Part shown: positions 1-64,000 of the stretch, in pieces
Layout of the letters: each line of letters begins with the position of its first letter
How positions within the stretch are numbered: position 1 is the first letter of the stretch
Source: Octopus sinensis
Taxonomy: Eukaryota
Direction of reading: 5' to 3'
Assembly: GCF_006345805.1 (NCBI RefSeq)
Contig: NC_043001.1
Coordinates: 29,760,001 to 29,824,000 of the forward strand
DNA length: 64,000 bases
Notes under the pieces: model-generated
The model's database searches: none
Seen by the model: the letters and a program-made list of their open reading frames with translations, nothing else
Told to the model about the DNA's origin: nothing
Position numbers and translations under genes: made by a program

Positions 1-590
1 TCCAATCCAGTAAACTATTGATTACATCAAACTTATATTTAAAGGAAATTTTTTAAGAAAAATAAATCAGTTATGACATAAACATTTGTAAAAGATATTC
101 ACTTCATAATTAACTCACTAGTTGTCAAGTCCTTAACAGTTAACTATTTCAACTCTATAAGTTTACTGTCTTAAATAAGAAACATTCAGTCTGTTCATTA
201 TTCAAAAGTTTTCTTGTTAATTGTACCCAGAACACATTTGAAGGTGATACATCAAAAACAATGCTATATTTTCATTCAAGTGGAACAAAACCACACAGAT
301 TTGTAGTTAAGTGTTATAGTCAATTATTTAATCCTTCAATACATGACTGGTACTTATATCACTGACCATAGGAAGAAGAAAGACAAAGTATTCTCCACAG
401 AACTTAGAATGTCAAGGTTTGAAACTAAAAGCTACCCAGCATTTAGATAAACATTCTGTATTTTCTAACATTCTATCGGCTTTAAAACTATCACGATAAA
501 AAGATATATAAATTAGTATATTAATGAAACAGAAATCAGATACTATTATGAAAGCAAATAGCCTAATCATAAAAGGAAAGTATCTATTAC

Positions 591-51668
<51,078 letters not shown>

Positions 51669-51774
51669 TTCCTTTTGCACATGATGTAAAGAGAACTAAC
51701 TGCTCTGTTTGAAGTGTTAATGTGTTAAGGTAATTAGGTTTTTCGCAAAGAACATATGTATATATGCATATATT

Positions 51775-51851
<77 letters not shown>

Positions 51852-51980
51852 CAGAGGAGAAGACACGTGGATGGAGAGTCGCTGAAGAGGTTACAGGATG
51901 TGTGAGGAAAGATTTCCAGACATAAAATAACAACAATTAACAAGTGAAGAATGAGTGTATAGTGTGTGTAAATGACAGAT

Positions 51981-52132
51981 TGGCTGTGTGGTAAGTAGCT
52001 TGCTTACCAACCACATGGTTCTGGATTCAGTCCCACTGCGTGACACCTTGGGCAAGTGCTGTCTACCATAGCCTCGGGCCGACCAAAGCCTTGTGAGTGG
52101 ATTTGGTAGACGGAAACTGAAAGAACCCGTCG

Positions 52133-52163
<31 letters not shown>

Positions 52164-52350
52164 TTGTCCTCCCATCATCGCTTGACAACCGATGTTGGTG
52201 TGTTTACGTCCCCGTAACTTAGCGATTCAGCAAACCAGACCGATAGGATATGTACTAGACTTACAAAGAATAAGTTCTCGGGTCGATTTCTTCGACTAAA
52301 GGTGGTGCTCCAGCATGGCCGCAGTCAAGTGACTGAAACAAGTAAGAGAG
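51981..52350 (+). mobile_element. SINE family A variant
   Basis: Same head and body as other family A copies. Confidence 0.85.
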
Positions 52351-52374
52351 TAAAATAATATCCCGAAATATAAC

Positions 52375-52696
52375 AGTGTGTGTGTGTGTGTGGTGTGTGT
52401 GTGTGTCAGTGTGTGTGTGTGTCAGTGTGTGTGTGACTGAGTGCGTGTGTGTGTGTGCGTGTTGTGTGTGTGTGACTGTGTGCGAGTGTGTGTGTGTGCG
52501 AGTGTGAGTGTGTGTGTGTGTGTTGTGTGTGTGTGTATGTGTGTGTGTGTGTGTGTGTGGTGTGTGTGTGTGTCAGTGTGTGTGTGTGTCAGTGTGTGTG
52601 TGACTGAGTGCGTGTGTGTGTGTGCGTGTTGTGTGTGTGTGACTGTGTGCGAGTGTGTGTGTGTGCGAGTGTGAGTGTGTGTGTGTATGTGTGTGT

Positions 52697-52746
<50 letters not shown>

Positions 52747-52752
52747 TGTGCG
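52375..52752. repeat. (GT)n compound microsatellite with a ~167-bp higher-order duplication
   Basis: Interrupted pattern gtcagtgt...gactgagtgcg...gcgagtgtgag occurs twice. Confidence 0.85.
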
Positions 52753-53020
52753 CACTGCTTTCAGTATTTGGCACTGCTTTCCTTCAAAACTTTCAACCCT
52801 ACCACTAATTCTGTCTCTGCTTATTATATCAATCTCTAATACTGAATAAATGTCTACCTGGTCCCATGATTTGCTAGAAATGAGCGCCAAATTTCCTCCA
52901 GCCCAACCCTTCCCTCTTAAAAAGAAAACGATACATTGGATATGTTGATGACATCACAATTAGAACCTACGAGACAGAACTGGCCTGAGGCAAAAGGGTG
53001 ACAATCAAGTATATTGTTAT

Positions 53021-53392
53021 GGACGGTTACGACGATGAGGGTTCCGGTTGATCCGAATCAACGGAACAGCCTGCTCGTGAAATTAACGTGTAAGTGGCTG
53101 AGCACTCCACAGACACGTGCACCCTTAACGTAGTTCTCGGGGATATTCAGCGTAACACAGAGAGTGACAAGGTCGGCCCCTTGAAATACAGGTACAACAG
53201 AAACAGGAAGTAAGAGTGAGAGAAAGTTGTGGTGAAAGAGTACAGCAGGGATCACCACCATCCCCTGCCGGAGCCTCGTGGAACTTTTAGGTGTTTTCGC
53301 TCAATAAACACTCACAACGCCCGACTGGGAATCGAAACCGCGATCCTATGACCGCGAGTCCGCTGCCCTAACCACTGGGTCATTGCGCCTCC
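53021..53392 (-). mobile_element. SINE family B flanked by 73-bp direct repeats
   Basis: 52948-53020 matches 53393-53465 with 2 mismatches. Confidence 0.88.
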
Positions 53393-53608
53393 ATGACATC
53401 ACAATTAGAACCTACGAGACAGAACTGACCTGAGGCAAAAGAGTGACAATCAAGTATATTGTTATAAATGGTGAACAATAGATAAATTCACTAAATTATC
53501 TTTTTTTGTTATGACGTTTGTGGATGTGTGTGATATGTGTCTAACAATGAATGCACCACACCCAAAAAAAGTCTGTGTAATTGTGCGTATGTGTGTGTGT
53601 ATGTGAAG

Positions 53609-53662
<54 letters not shown>

Positions 53663-54371
53663 GACAGGTAGAGACAGTTAACTGAATATTTTTTGTATCC
53701 ATTTAACTATATGGCTTTGCACCGAAAAACTTGGATGCATTCCACATAAAGGAACAACGTGACGTAAACAACGCAATGATTCCCACGAGCAAGTCATACA
53801 CATAAATCTTTAGAAAACATAGTTTTGACACCGAGAAAATAAGTAGGCTTATAAATTGTTTCTGTTCCAGGGTCTAAGAATGTACCTTGTATGAATGGAG
53901 TCCTTAAATTTAGAGGCTTATTCGAGAAATCCGAGAGCAAATTCTTCCTTTCCAACCTACTCATTTCGCCTCTCTTTCTATTTCTATATGCACACAGAAA
54001 CACACACACACACTCATATATATTGACATCATCATCATCATTGTTCGACCGTGATCGAGACTAAATTCCATAGTCTTTTCAAATGGCTAATAATGTGTGC
54101 GCGCGCCACTACTACACACATTGGAAAGCATTGTACAACCAAGCACTAAAGAAGATCTTTCCTCCTCCATGAAACAAAGCTGTTCCCGCTGGATGTCAAC
54201 CCAGTATTTCTAAGCTACGGACCGAGTGATTTATTGTAAGGTTATCTCCCTAGATAGATTGCCTTCACTACGGCTAAGGAGCCCTTTCTACATACGCACG
54301 CACAGGCTAATACACAAACACATATACACATATTAATACATGCACATATTTATATGCGTATTTGTGAGTAT

Positions 54372-54558
54372 GTGTAGGCGCAGGAGTGGCTGTGTGGTAA
54401 GTAGCTTGCTAACCAACCACATGGTTCCGGGTTCAGTCCCACTGCGTGGCATCTTGGGCAAGTGTCTTCTGCTATAACCCCAATGCTTTGTGAGTGGATT
54501 TGGTAGACGGAAACTGAAAGAAGCCTGTCATCTATATGTATGTATGTATGTATGTATG

Positions 54559-54589
<31 letters not shown>

Positions 54590-54792
54590 TTGTGTGTCTG
54601 TGTTTGTCCCCCTAGCATTGCTTGACAACCGATGCTGGTGTGTTTACGTCCCCGTTACTTAGCGGTTCGGCAAACCAGACCGATAGAATAAGTACTGGGC
54701 TTACAAAGAATGAGTCCCGGGGTCGATTTGCTCGACTAAAGGCGGTGCTCCAGTATGGCCGCAGTCAAATGACTGAAACAAGTAAAAGAGAG
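54372..54792 (+). mobile_element. SINE family A, full length; its 3' half starts the triplicated unit
   Basis: ggcgcaggagtggctgtgtggtaag head. Confidence 0.85.
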
Positions 54793-56734
54793 AGATATAT
54801 CTTTTTATCTTTTATCGTTTACTTCAGTCATTGGACTGCAGCCATACTGGGACACCACCTTGAGGTGTTATTCGAACAAATCGACCCCGATACTTATCGT
54901 GTGTGTGTGTGGGGGGATTTGGTGTCTGCGTTTATTCCCCCACCATTGCTTGATAACCGATGTTGGTGTGTTTACGTCCCCGTAACTTAGCGGTTCGCCA
55001 AAAAGAGTTCCAATTTAATAAGTACTAGGTTTACAAAGAATAAGTCCTGGGATCAATTTCTTCGATTAAATTCCTTTAAGGCGGTGCCCCAGTATGGCCG
55101 AAGTTAGAAAGAAACATAAAGAAAAAAAACAGAGAGAGAATAAAAAAGAAACTTGGGGATTTAGCGATCAATCATGGCGACTGGTTGGAAAAAGGTAGCT
55201 TAACAGAGAGTTTGGAGAAAGGAGAGATAATGAAGTACTGGTGATCCCAAAACGAAGTCGCACGTACGTGTGTGTATGTGAGTGTGTGTGTGTGTGTGTG
55301 GTGTGTGTGTGTGTGTGTTTGTGTGTCTGTGTTTGTCCCCCTAGCATTGCTTGACAACCGATGCTGGTGTGTTTACGTCCCCGTTACTTAGCGGTTCGGC
55401 AAACCAGACCGATAGAATAAGTACTGGGCTTACAAAGAATGAGTCCCGGGGTCGATTTGCTCGACTAAAGGCGGTGCTCCAGTATGGCCGCAGTCAAATG
55501 ACTGAAACAAGTAAAAGAGAGAGATATATCTTTTTATCTTTTATCGTTTACTTCAGTCATTGGACTGCAGCCATACTGGGACACCACCTTGAGGTGTTAT
55601 TCGAACAAATCGACCCCGATACTTATCGTGTGTGTGTGTGGGGGATTTGGTGTCTGCGTTTATTCCCCCACCATTGCTTGATAACCGATGTTGGTGTGTT
55701 TACGTCCCCGTAACTTAGCGGTTCGCCAAAAAGAGTTCCAATTTAATAAGTACTAGGTTTACAAAGAATAAGTCCTGGGATCAATTTCTTCGATTAAATT
55801 CCTTTAAGGCGGTGCCCCAGTATGGCCGAAGTTAGAAAGAAACATAAAGAAAAAAAACAGAGAGAGAATAAAAAAGAAACTTGGGGATTTAGCGATCAAT
55901 CATGGCGACTGGTTGGAAAAAGGTAGCTTAACAAGAGAGTTTGGAGAAAGGAGAGATAATGAAGTACTGGTGATCCCAAAACGAAGTCGCACGTACGTGT
56001 GTGTATGTGAGTGTGTGTGTGTGTGTGGTGTGTGTGTGTGTGTGTTTGTGTGTCTGTGTTTGTCCCCCTAGCATTGCTTGACAACCGATGCTGGTGTGTT
56101 TACGTCCCCGTTACTTAGCGGTTCGGCAAACCAGACCGATAGAATAAGTACTGGGCTTACAAAGAATGAGTCCCGGGGTCGATTTGCTCGACTAAAGGCG
56201 GTGCTCCAGTATGGCCGCAGTCAAATGACTGAAACAAGTAAAAGAGAGAGATATATCTTTTTATCTTTTATCGTTTACTTCAGTCATTGGACTGCAGCCA
56301 TACTGGGACACCACCTTGAGGTGTTATTCGAACAAATCGACCCCGATACTTATCGTGTGTGTGTGTGGGGGGGATTTGGTGTCTGCGTTTATTCCCCCAC
56401 CATTGCTTGATAACCGATGTTGGTGTGTTTACGTCCCCGTAACTTAGCGGTTCGCCAAAAAGAGTTCCAATTTAATAAGTACTAGGTTTACAAAGAATAA
56501 GTCCTGGGATCAATTTCTTCGATTAAATTCCTTTAAGGCGGTGCCCCAGTATGGCCGAAGTTAGAAAGAAACATAAAGAAAAAAAACAGAGAGAGAATAA
56601 AAAAGAAACTTGGGGATTTAGCGATCAATCATGGCGACTGGTTGGAAAAAGGTAGCTTAACAAGAGAGTTTGGAGAAAGGAGAGATAATGAAGTACTGGT
56701 GATCCCAAAACGAAGTCGCACGTACGTGTGTGTA

Positions 56735-56775
<41 letters not shown>
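54590..56775. repeat. Tandem triplication of a ~728-bp SINE-composite unit
   Basis: Identical positions recur at 54622, 55351 and 56078; units are joined through (GT)n. Confidence 0.92.
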
Positions 56776-56777
<2 letters not shown>

Positions 56778-57171
56778 AGGGGCAAGCGACATTGACGTGC
56801 TGATGCGTGCGTGTATGTGTCTGTGCATCAGTAATGTGTGGGTGTGTGGATGATGGTGTGTGGGTGTGCAGATGATGGTGATTGGTATGGGAGCTGGGAA
56901 GTGGTCAGTGTTAGTGTGTGTGGAATGTAGTGTCATGTGGTGGTGTGGGGATGTGGTGTAGTGTATAGAGTGGTGTGGTGGTATGGAAATGTGAGAGTGG
57001 GGTGTGGGTTTGGGGTGCGGATGTTGGGGTGGAGGGTGGGGCAGGATGGAGTAGCATGGGGCAGGATGGGGTGGGAGTGGAATGTGAGTTTGTGGAGTGT
57101 GGATGGGGAGTATCAAAGAAGAGAGAGATGGGTAGGAGTGAAGAGAGGAAGTAGAGAGGAGAGGAAAGAAG

Positions 57172-57455
57172 TCAGATGAAGAGGGGAGGAGAGTTGAGCC
57201 CATGTGGCACAAAGGAGTGAAGAGAGAAGATTAATTCTTGTTCACGGCGAAGGCGGGAGTCCAGATGGATCCTGTGCAAAGACAATCCAAACACAGACAG
57301 GTGTTGTAATGAATGACCAGTAAAGAAGAAATGGCGCGAGACCGGGGTGTCATTGCCGAGTCTAATGTCTCGGAGGTGCTCTGCGAACCGGTCAGCCAAG
57401 CAGCGTCCCGTTTGACTGATGTACAGAGAATGGCAGAAAGAGCAGTAAATGATAT
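57172..57455 (-). mobile_element. Penelope-like GIY-YIG C-terminal fragment (a second, distinct family)
   Basis: IYCSFCHSLYISQTGRCLADRFAEHLRDIR...PVSRHF...GHS...REQELIFSL...PHGLN. Confidence 0.85.
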
Positions 57456-57984
57456 ATATATGCATATATATATATTAAAAAATATGAATGAGAACACATA
57501 AACAAGGTACGTGTTTTGCCAGTTCGTGAGCACGCTGCGATTAGACAAAGGAGATAACTCTCACTAAGTCCTATTGCAGAAGCGATAGACATTAATGTTT
57601 CGTCATTTTTGTAATTTATCAATACCACGTGCCCCAAATGAGGCTAGACGTAAGCCAAATTGCCCGCTATGGCTATATGCAAAATAGTGTGAGAAGCCTG
57701 TGCTGGTATGTCCCAACGTTTCATACCTCGAAAAAATTCAATTTTTTGCGTGTTTTGAAATATGAGTTAAAGCCTTACAGCCACGAGAAAGCACGTTTTC
57801 ATATATTGACAAGCAAGATAACCGCCCTATAAGTGAAACTAGATCACTATACTAGACTTGTTCCGCCTGCATGTATATGAAAATGTGGCTACTTGCGGAT
57901 CTAAGGGTTTCAACTCTTATTTCTAGCAATATAGGTGTTCCCCGGTACCCTCAGTCACGATGTATTTATATATATATATATATA

Positions 57985-58135
57985 TTAAGGAATATTATTC
58001 CAAACTTACAGGGAAATATACAATGATATAATTAAATTATACCATATAGAAAAAAACTAAATATACGATAAAACATATACCAAACATATGGTATATGTTT
58101 TATCATATATATATTTTTCTATATGGTATAATCTA
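57985..58135. mobile_element. Truncated fold-back member of the 25040/38850 element family
   Basis: ggaatattattccaaacttacagggaaa terminus; hairpin arms 58036-58082 and 58089-58132. Confidence 0.6.
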
Positions 58136-58183
58136 TGTCATTGTTATTTCATTGTTGAACTGATAAAAGATGGTTCTTCTCTA

Positions 58184-58185
<2 letters not shown>

Positions 58186-58224
<39 letters not shown>

Positions 58225-58235
58225 CACACACATAC

Positions 58236-58268
<33 letters not shown>

Positions 58269-58658
58269 CACACACACATACATATATACATACACACACA
58301 TACATATATACATATGTATATATATATGTATGTATATATGTATGTATATATGTATATATATGTATATATATATGTGTGTATATATGTATATATATGTATA
58401 TATGTGTGTATATATATATATGTAAATATGTGTGTGTATATGTGTATATATGTATATATATATATATGTATGTATATATATATGTATATGTGTGCATATA
58501 TATATGTATATATATATGTGTGCATATATATGTATATATATATGTGTATATGTATGTATGTATGTATGTATATATATGTATGTATGTATATATATATGTA
58601 TGTATGTATGTATGTATATATGTATGTATGTATTTATATATATATATATATATGTATT

Positions 58659-58693
<35 letters not shown>

Positions 58694-58702
58694 GTATATA
58701 TA

Positions 58703-58759
<57 letters not shown>
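58186..58759. repeat. (AT)/(AC)/(ATGT) compound microsatellite
   Basis: Direct reading of the sequence. Confidence 0.95.
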
Positions 58760-58925
58760 GGACGTTAAATTCAACTTACGTTGAAAGTCAACAAAGTTTG
58801 CTTTAGAACCGTTGAGATGTAATGAAAGATACAGATAAGGAAATGATTTTATTTTCAAACACAGGATAAATCGGCAAAAACTTTAGCACGCCGGGCGAAA
58901 TGCTTAGAAGTATTTGGTCTGTCTA

Positions 58926-59158
58926 AGGCGGCGAGCCGGCAGGAACGTTAGCACACCGTGCGAAATGCGTAGCCGTATTTCATCTGCCGTTACGTTCTGA
59001 GTTCAAATTCCGCTGAGATCGACTTTGCTTTTCATCCTTTCGGGGTCAATTAAATAAGTACCAGTTACGCACTGGGGTCGATGTAATCGACTTAATCCGT
59101 TTGTCTGTCCTTGTTTGTCCCCTCTATGTTTAGCCCCTTGTGGGCCATAAAGAAATAA
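58926..59158 (+). mobile_element. SINE family D, full length (preceded by a partial duplicate head at ~58872-58925)
   Basis: ggcggcgagccggcag head, GAGTTCAAATTCC B box, tail ttgtcccctctatgtttagccccttgtgggccataaagaaataa. Confidence 0.85.
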
Positions 59159-59321
59159 TAATATAGCTTGAACAGCATGACACGTAATTACAGGGGTGTG
59201 AGTTCGAATCTCATGGTTTGCTGCCGACAGATTTTTCTGCAAAATATGGATAGTTTATCTTGTTCCTGCTACATTATTAGCATTATCCTGCGTTTGAGAA
59301 TAAAATTATTCCCTGTGTTTG

Positions 59322-59413
<92 letters not shown>

Positions 59414-59437
59414 GAGATATATAGAATAAAATCATTT

Positions 59438-59513
<76 letters not shown>

Positions 59514-59517
<4 letters not shown>

Positions 59518-59783
59518 TCGGCTGCGGGGTCACTCCGAAAAGCTCTATCTGCGACGATTTCATCTCAGTCGAAGGAAAGAGGCTTTCTCCGTCCGGGTTG
59601 CGGATCCGTGGAATAAGCTGCCGGACGAGATAGTGAAGATGCCGACGACCGCTCGGTTCAAAGTCTCCCTTGACCACAAATGGTCTGAACTCTTTACATG
59701 AATACCACCGTGTACATAACTCCATGTCCCCCTACATGGCCTGCTTTTTTTTTTTTTGATCCAAAAAATTAACTAACTAACTA

Positions 59784-59784
<1 letters not shown>
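59514..59784 (+). mobile_element. CR1 LINE short 3' end with (TAAC)n tail
   Basis: Same family as 5393-5806; [36 protein letters not shown]. Confidence 0.85.
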
Positions 59785-59824
<40 letters not shown>

Positions 59825-59934
59825 CCACAAAATATTGAATACAAGGTAAGTCTACATTAATTCACATTTGTTTCTTGTGATTTACCTTGCATTTACTTCG
59901 CATTGCTTTGACCTTACCTACGAGCCATTATACA

Positions 59935-59997
<63 letters not shown>

Positions 59998-60479
59998 TGT
60001 GTGTGTGTATAAGTATACTTACGCATATAAATATAGATATATATATGTATAGGTACACGTACATATATATACATATATATATATATAAACATACATGCGC
60101 ACGCATGTACACACGCACGCACACATACATACATAAATACATACATACATACAATACATACATACATACATACATACATACATACATACATACACACATA
60201 CATACGGGTGTGTCTGTCTGTGTGAACGCATATATATCTATTTAGAGTCAAGAAACTACGTAAGTAACTTAAAGACGCATAGTTTTGTGAAAAGCTTATA
60301 TCAAACTGGAAATTGAAAAATTGGCGAGGAAAGGCGTTAAAAATATTACATGATACAACAAAAATTTTTATTTACTCTTTGTTAGTGAAATAAATAGATT
60401 TCTACGTATATAAACACCTACAAACATAGAGAAAGAAAGAGGAGGAATGAAAGAGACAGAGAGAGAAAGAATGAAATAT

Positions 60480-60510
<31 letters not shown>

Positions 60511-61340
60511 AAAGATTTTTTCCATGCTAGTGGAGATGTAGAAAAAAAAATTAGATCATAATTCTTTTCAATCCTTTTAATTTTTTAACAAGTTCCCAAC
60601 CGGTTTCACAACTCTTTTCATGATAATGAATACAGCAAAGAATGAGCTTTACTAATCTTTTTCAAAAAAGTGTTATGCAAGCTTTGACTTACTTTGCATG
60701 ATCTCTTCAATGCAACCTGTATTTCTTCATAAATTTACTTATGCAGTCATCCGTGCTACGAAGCAACATGATATTTAGGAAATTTATTTGCTATACGTAA
60801 GTTCAAATGTTCAATAACGAATATTTGTCGAGTATTGAAATTCTGAATTTGTTGATGATGGGTAATCACTTTTCCGCCCCAAATTCATCCTATTTATCCT
60901 AAGCAATCAGTAGATTGCATACATTAAACAGGATTTCTACTGATCCCTATGTGGAAAAGAATAATAAGTAAACACAGTCTGACGAGACGTTCGTAAATGC
61001 ATAGTTTTGTGAAAATGTGATTACTTGCGGATCTAAGGGTTTCAACTCTTATTTCTAGCAATATAGGTGTTCCCCGGTACCCTTAGTCACAGATGACTCT
61101 CTTTTCAGGTCCCACCAAAAAATGTGTGCGCGCGCGCGCGTTTTTCTGACTTTAACTCTGCTCTCTCATACGCTTTCCTTTTGTCCTAAAAGTGATCTAT
61201 TCACTTTGCTGTGGGAGATTTCGTTTCACAAAATGAACAGTATCATTCATAAACGACAGGTTTTATTTATCCCACAACCCTTTCTCTTCACTTCACTCTG
61301 TTTTCTCTCCCCCCATTTCAGTATGATACTTGAATTTCTT

Positions 61341-61751
61341 TCTCTTTACTCTCTTTTACTCTTTTACTTGTTTCAGTCATTTGACTGCGGCCATGCTGGA
61401 GCACCGCCTTTAGTCGAGCAAATCGACCCCGGGACTTATTCTTTGTAAGCCCAGTACTTATTCTATCGGTCTCTTTTGCCGAACCGCTAAGTGACGGGGA
61501 CGTAAACACACCAGCATCGGTTGTCAAGCAATGCTAGGGGGACAAACACACACACACACATACATACACACATATATATATGTACATATATACGACAGGC
61601 TTCTTTCAGTTTCCGTCTACCAAATCCACTCACAAGGCATTGGTCGGCCCGGGGCTATAGCAGAAGACACTTGCCCAAGATGCCACGCAGTGGGACTGAA
61701 CCCGGAACCATGTGGTTGGTAAGCAGGCTACTTACCACACAGCCACTCCTG
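61341..61751 (-). mobile_element. SINE family A, full length
   Basis: Same head and body as other family A copies. Confidence 0.88.
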
Positions 61752-61971
61752 CATAATATGATACTTTATCATGTTATATGTCTAATTTCCTTTCTCTGTT
61801 TTAGAGCTTTGTCTTACTTCTTTCTCTCTCTACTCTCTTATTTGCCCTGTATTTTCTCCCCACACTTATTTTATTCCTTCGTACCTGTCTTTTTGTACGA
61901 TGTCTGTGTGTGTGCATGATATAGTATAATACAATATTAAGTGTGTGTATGTGTGTGTGTGTGTACGTCTG

Positions 61972-62003
<32 letters not shown>

Positions 62004-62354
62004 TGTATGTATGTATGTATGTATGTGTGTATGTGTGTATGTATGTGCATAAACCAATACGTGTACACACGGAACGTGATTCAAAAGTCCCTTGGACGAA
62101 TGTCATTTTCCAAGGCCTCTTCACGACACATATCTTGTGAGTGAAATTTGAAAGACAGAAACGGTATAAGAGTCAGTTAGATGGTTTGTACTTGCCTGAG
62201 AATTGCGTTAAGACTACTCATGTCACTGAAATATTCAACCCCTCACTCTAATTCCTTGAGCAGATAAATCTTTTTGATCGAATAACTGAATTTCCCTCAT
62301 TCACATTTATATGTATAAACAGACACACAGACAGATAGACAAGCAGACAAGCAG

Positions 62355-62565
<211 letters not shown>

Positions 62566-63054
62566 CACATACTCATGCACATACACCAAAATGAATTTAT
62601 TCTATTAAGTGTGAGCCGTCTTTCGCTTTACATTACCTTGAATATATGGATGCCTATTTCTAACAGATAAGTTTATCTGCTTAGGCTTTGCAATGGCATC
62701 ATTCGTATCACTAGATGACAATAACAAATATTAAGAAGGAACAATACGTCAGCCACATTTGGAAAGCTGTCAAGAAGTCCATCGAAGAACAAAATCCTGA
62801 ACGCAGAAACTAAGATCAAAAACATGCAACTAAAGATGGACTACTTACTCAAGATTTACGAAAAGGATTTTTGTTATGGCTCTTCCTAAACATCCCATAA
62901 CAAAACGTAATCGCCGACATCAGGCTTTATAACTAGCGTGGCTGTGAAGCTGAATATCGATTTTGTGTATGCTGCAATTACGGTACCACTAATCAAACAT
63001 GTTAAAAACAAGAGGCCAAAAAGTTGCTCTCCGTTGAGCCTCTCAAAGAACACG

Positions 63055-63190
63055 AAAAAGAGGTCGACTCAAGCTGCATCTCAAAAATATCTATAAGAGG
63101 AACTGCTCAAAAGATGTATTGATTAAAATGTATATAACGTGGAAATGTTGCTAACGACCGAATAGCTTGGAGGACAGCAATCAACAGAAG
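63055..63190 (+). mobile_element. Highly degenerate RTE ORF C-terminal remnant
   Basis: RGRLKLHLKNIYKRNC and, after a frameshift, VANDRIAWRTAIN. Confidence 0.4.
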
Positions 63191-63562
63191 TGTCGTTATT
63201 ACGGAAAAGGCGACAAACGCATCTTTCCAGTTGAAAGAGAAACTCAATTTCAACAGGCAGTGCCTCACTGATTAGTGGCTTCTTTGATGATTCTCTCGTA
63301 CAAGAACTGAAAAACATCAACCATGAGCGAAACTGGGGAAGTTTATAACGTTGCTGTAACAAATGACAAAAGCTTTTTATATCGCAAACTGTTAGTTGGC
63401 CATTGACTCCCTTAAGTTTATCTCAGACCGATTCTTTTTTTCACGCAGGGTGTTCAAAATTTGCGGAGGATATTCCTTAGTTATTTGGTTTTGCTGTATC
63501 CAAGCAACAATGACAACAACAACACACGTACGTATACACACACATACACACACACACACACA

Positions 63563-63601
<39 letters not shown>

Positions 63602-64000
63602 ATTCATTCTTTCGCACATATATATATACCCATATCACCCACACATTTTGCTTTGCTTATGATAGACCATCAAAGGTCATGACAGTGTCAATCCAAAACA
63701 TTCATTCTTCAGCACATTGTTTTTCATGGGAGCAGACGTGGCTGACAAGACCGATACGAGATAAGCAGATCCGGGGGGGTCCTGAGGCCACAGAATGTGA
63801 TCGAGACCATCAACCGCGCTGGGGCTGATGACGAATTCTTCTCTTCTCTTCGTACGGTTTCTTGCGTTCGGTTTCAAAGTACTCTGCTCTAGCATCACAC
63901 CCATACTTCTATTCCGATTAACAACCAGAGGCCCCTATCGATTGGGAAGGACATCCTATAATATGAAAGGCAGCATCAGATGGTTGTGAAATTGAAGTTT

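Noticed and set aside
55235-55270. CTGGTGA...CGAAG motif in each triplicated unit
   Set aside because: No stem II pairing, and the core is altered at two essential positions.
54622-56410. Repeated ~120-aa ORFs (MTTDAGVFTSP...) and a possible CRISPR-like array
   Set aside because: They are chance frames in SINE bodies. The units are long and near-identical with no unique spacers.
63677-63904. GC-richer block containing CTGATGA near the right edge
   Set aside because: No GAAA or stem III follows, and the ORF has no recognisable motifs; left unannotated.

Overview
AT-rich, repeat-dense animal genomic DNA. It is probably an octopus, inferred from the SINE/LINE families and the very long microsatellites rather than from any marker gene. 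One protein-coding gene runs on the minus strand across about 51 kb. It is a non-clustered cadherin of the PCDH15/Cad99C type with 13 reconstructable coding exons (1656 nt, 552 codons in one open frame: putative signal peptide, EC1-EC4 and the start of EC5), and it continues off the left edge. The introns contain kb-scale (AT)n arrays, several tRNA-derived SINE families, CR1, RTE, Tx1 and R4/Dong-type LINE fragments, Penelope-like GIY-YIG fragments, a non-autonomous Helitron, MITEs, and a 4.8-kb hAT element with two nested insertions. Main discoveries: (i) four distinct hammerhead-ribozyme-like motifs at five sites, in small non-coding elements mostly bordered by microsatellites and folded back on themselves, one with an apparent G3-C8 swapped core; (ii) a 1.8-kb retroelement encoding only an ORF1/zinc-knuckle protein, whose 3' tail is shared with a Tx1 LINE and a SINE in the same window; (iii) three tandem duplications with breakpoints in microsatellites, which could be biological or assembly artefacts. 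All structure and family calls were made by eye; no searches or folding programs were run.
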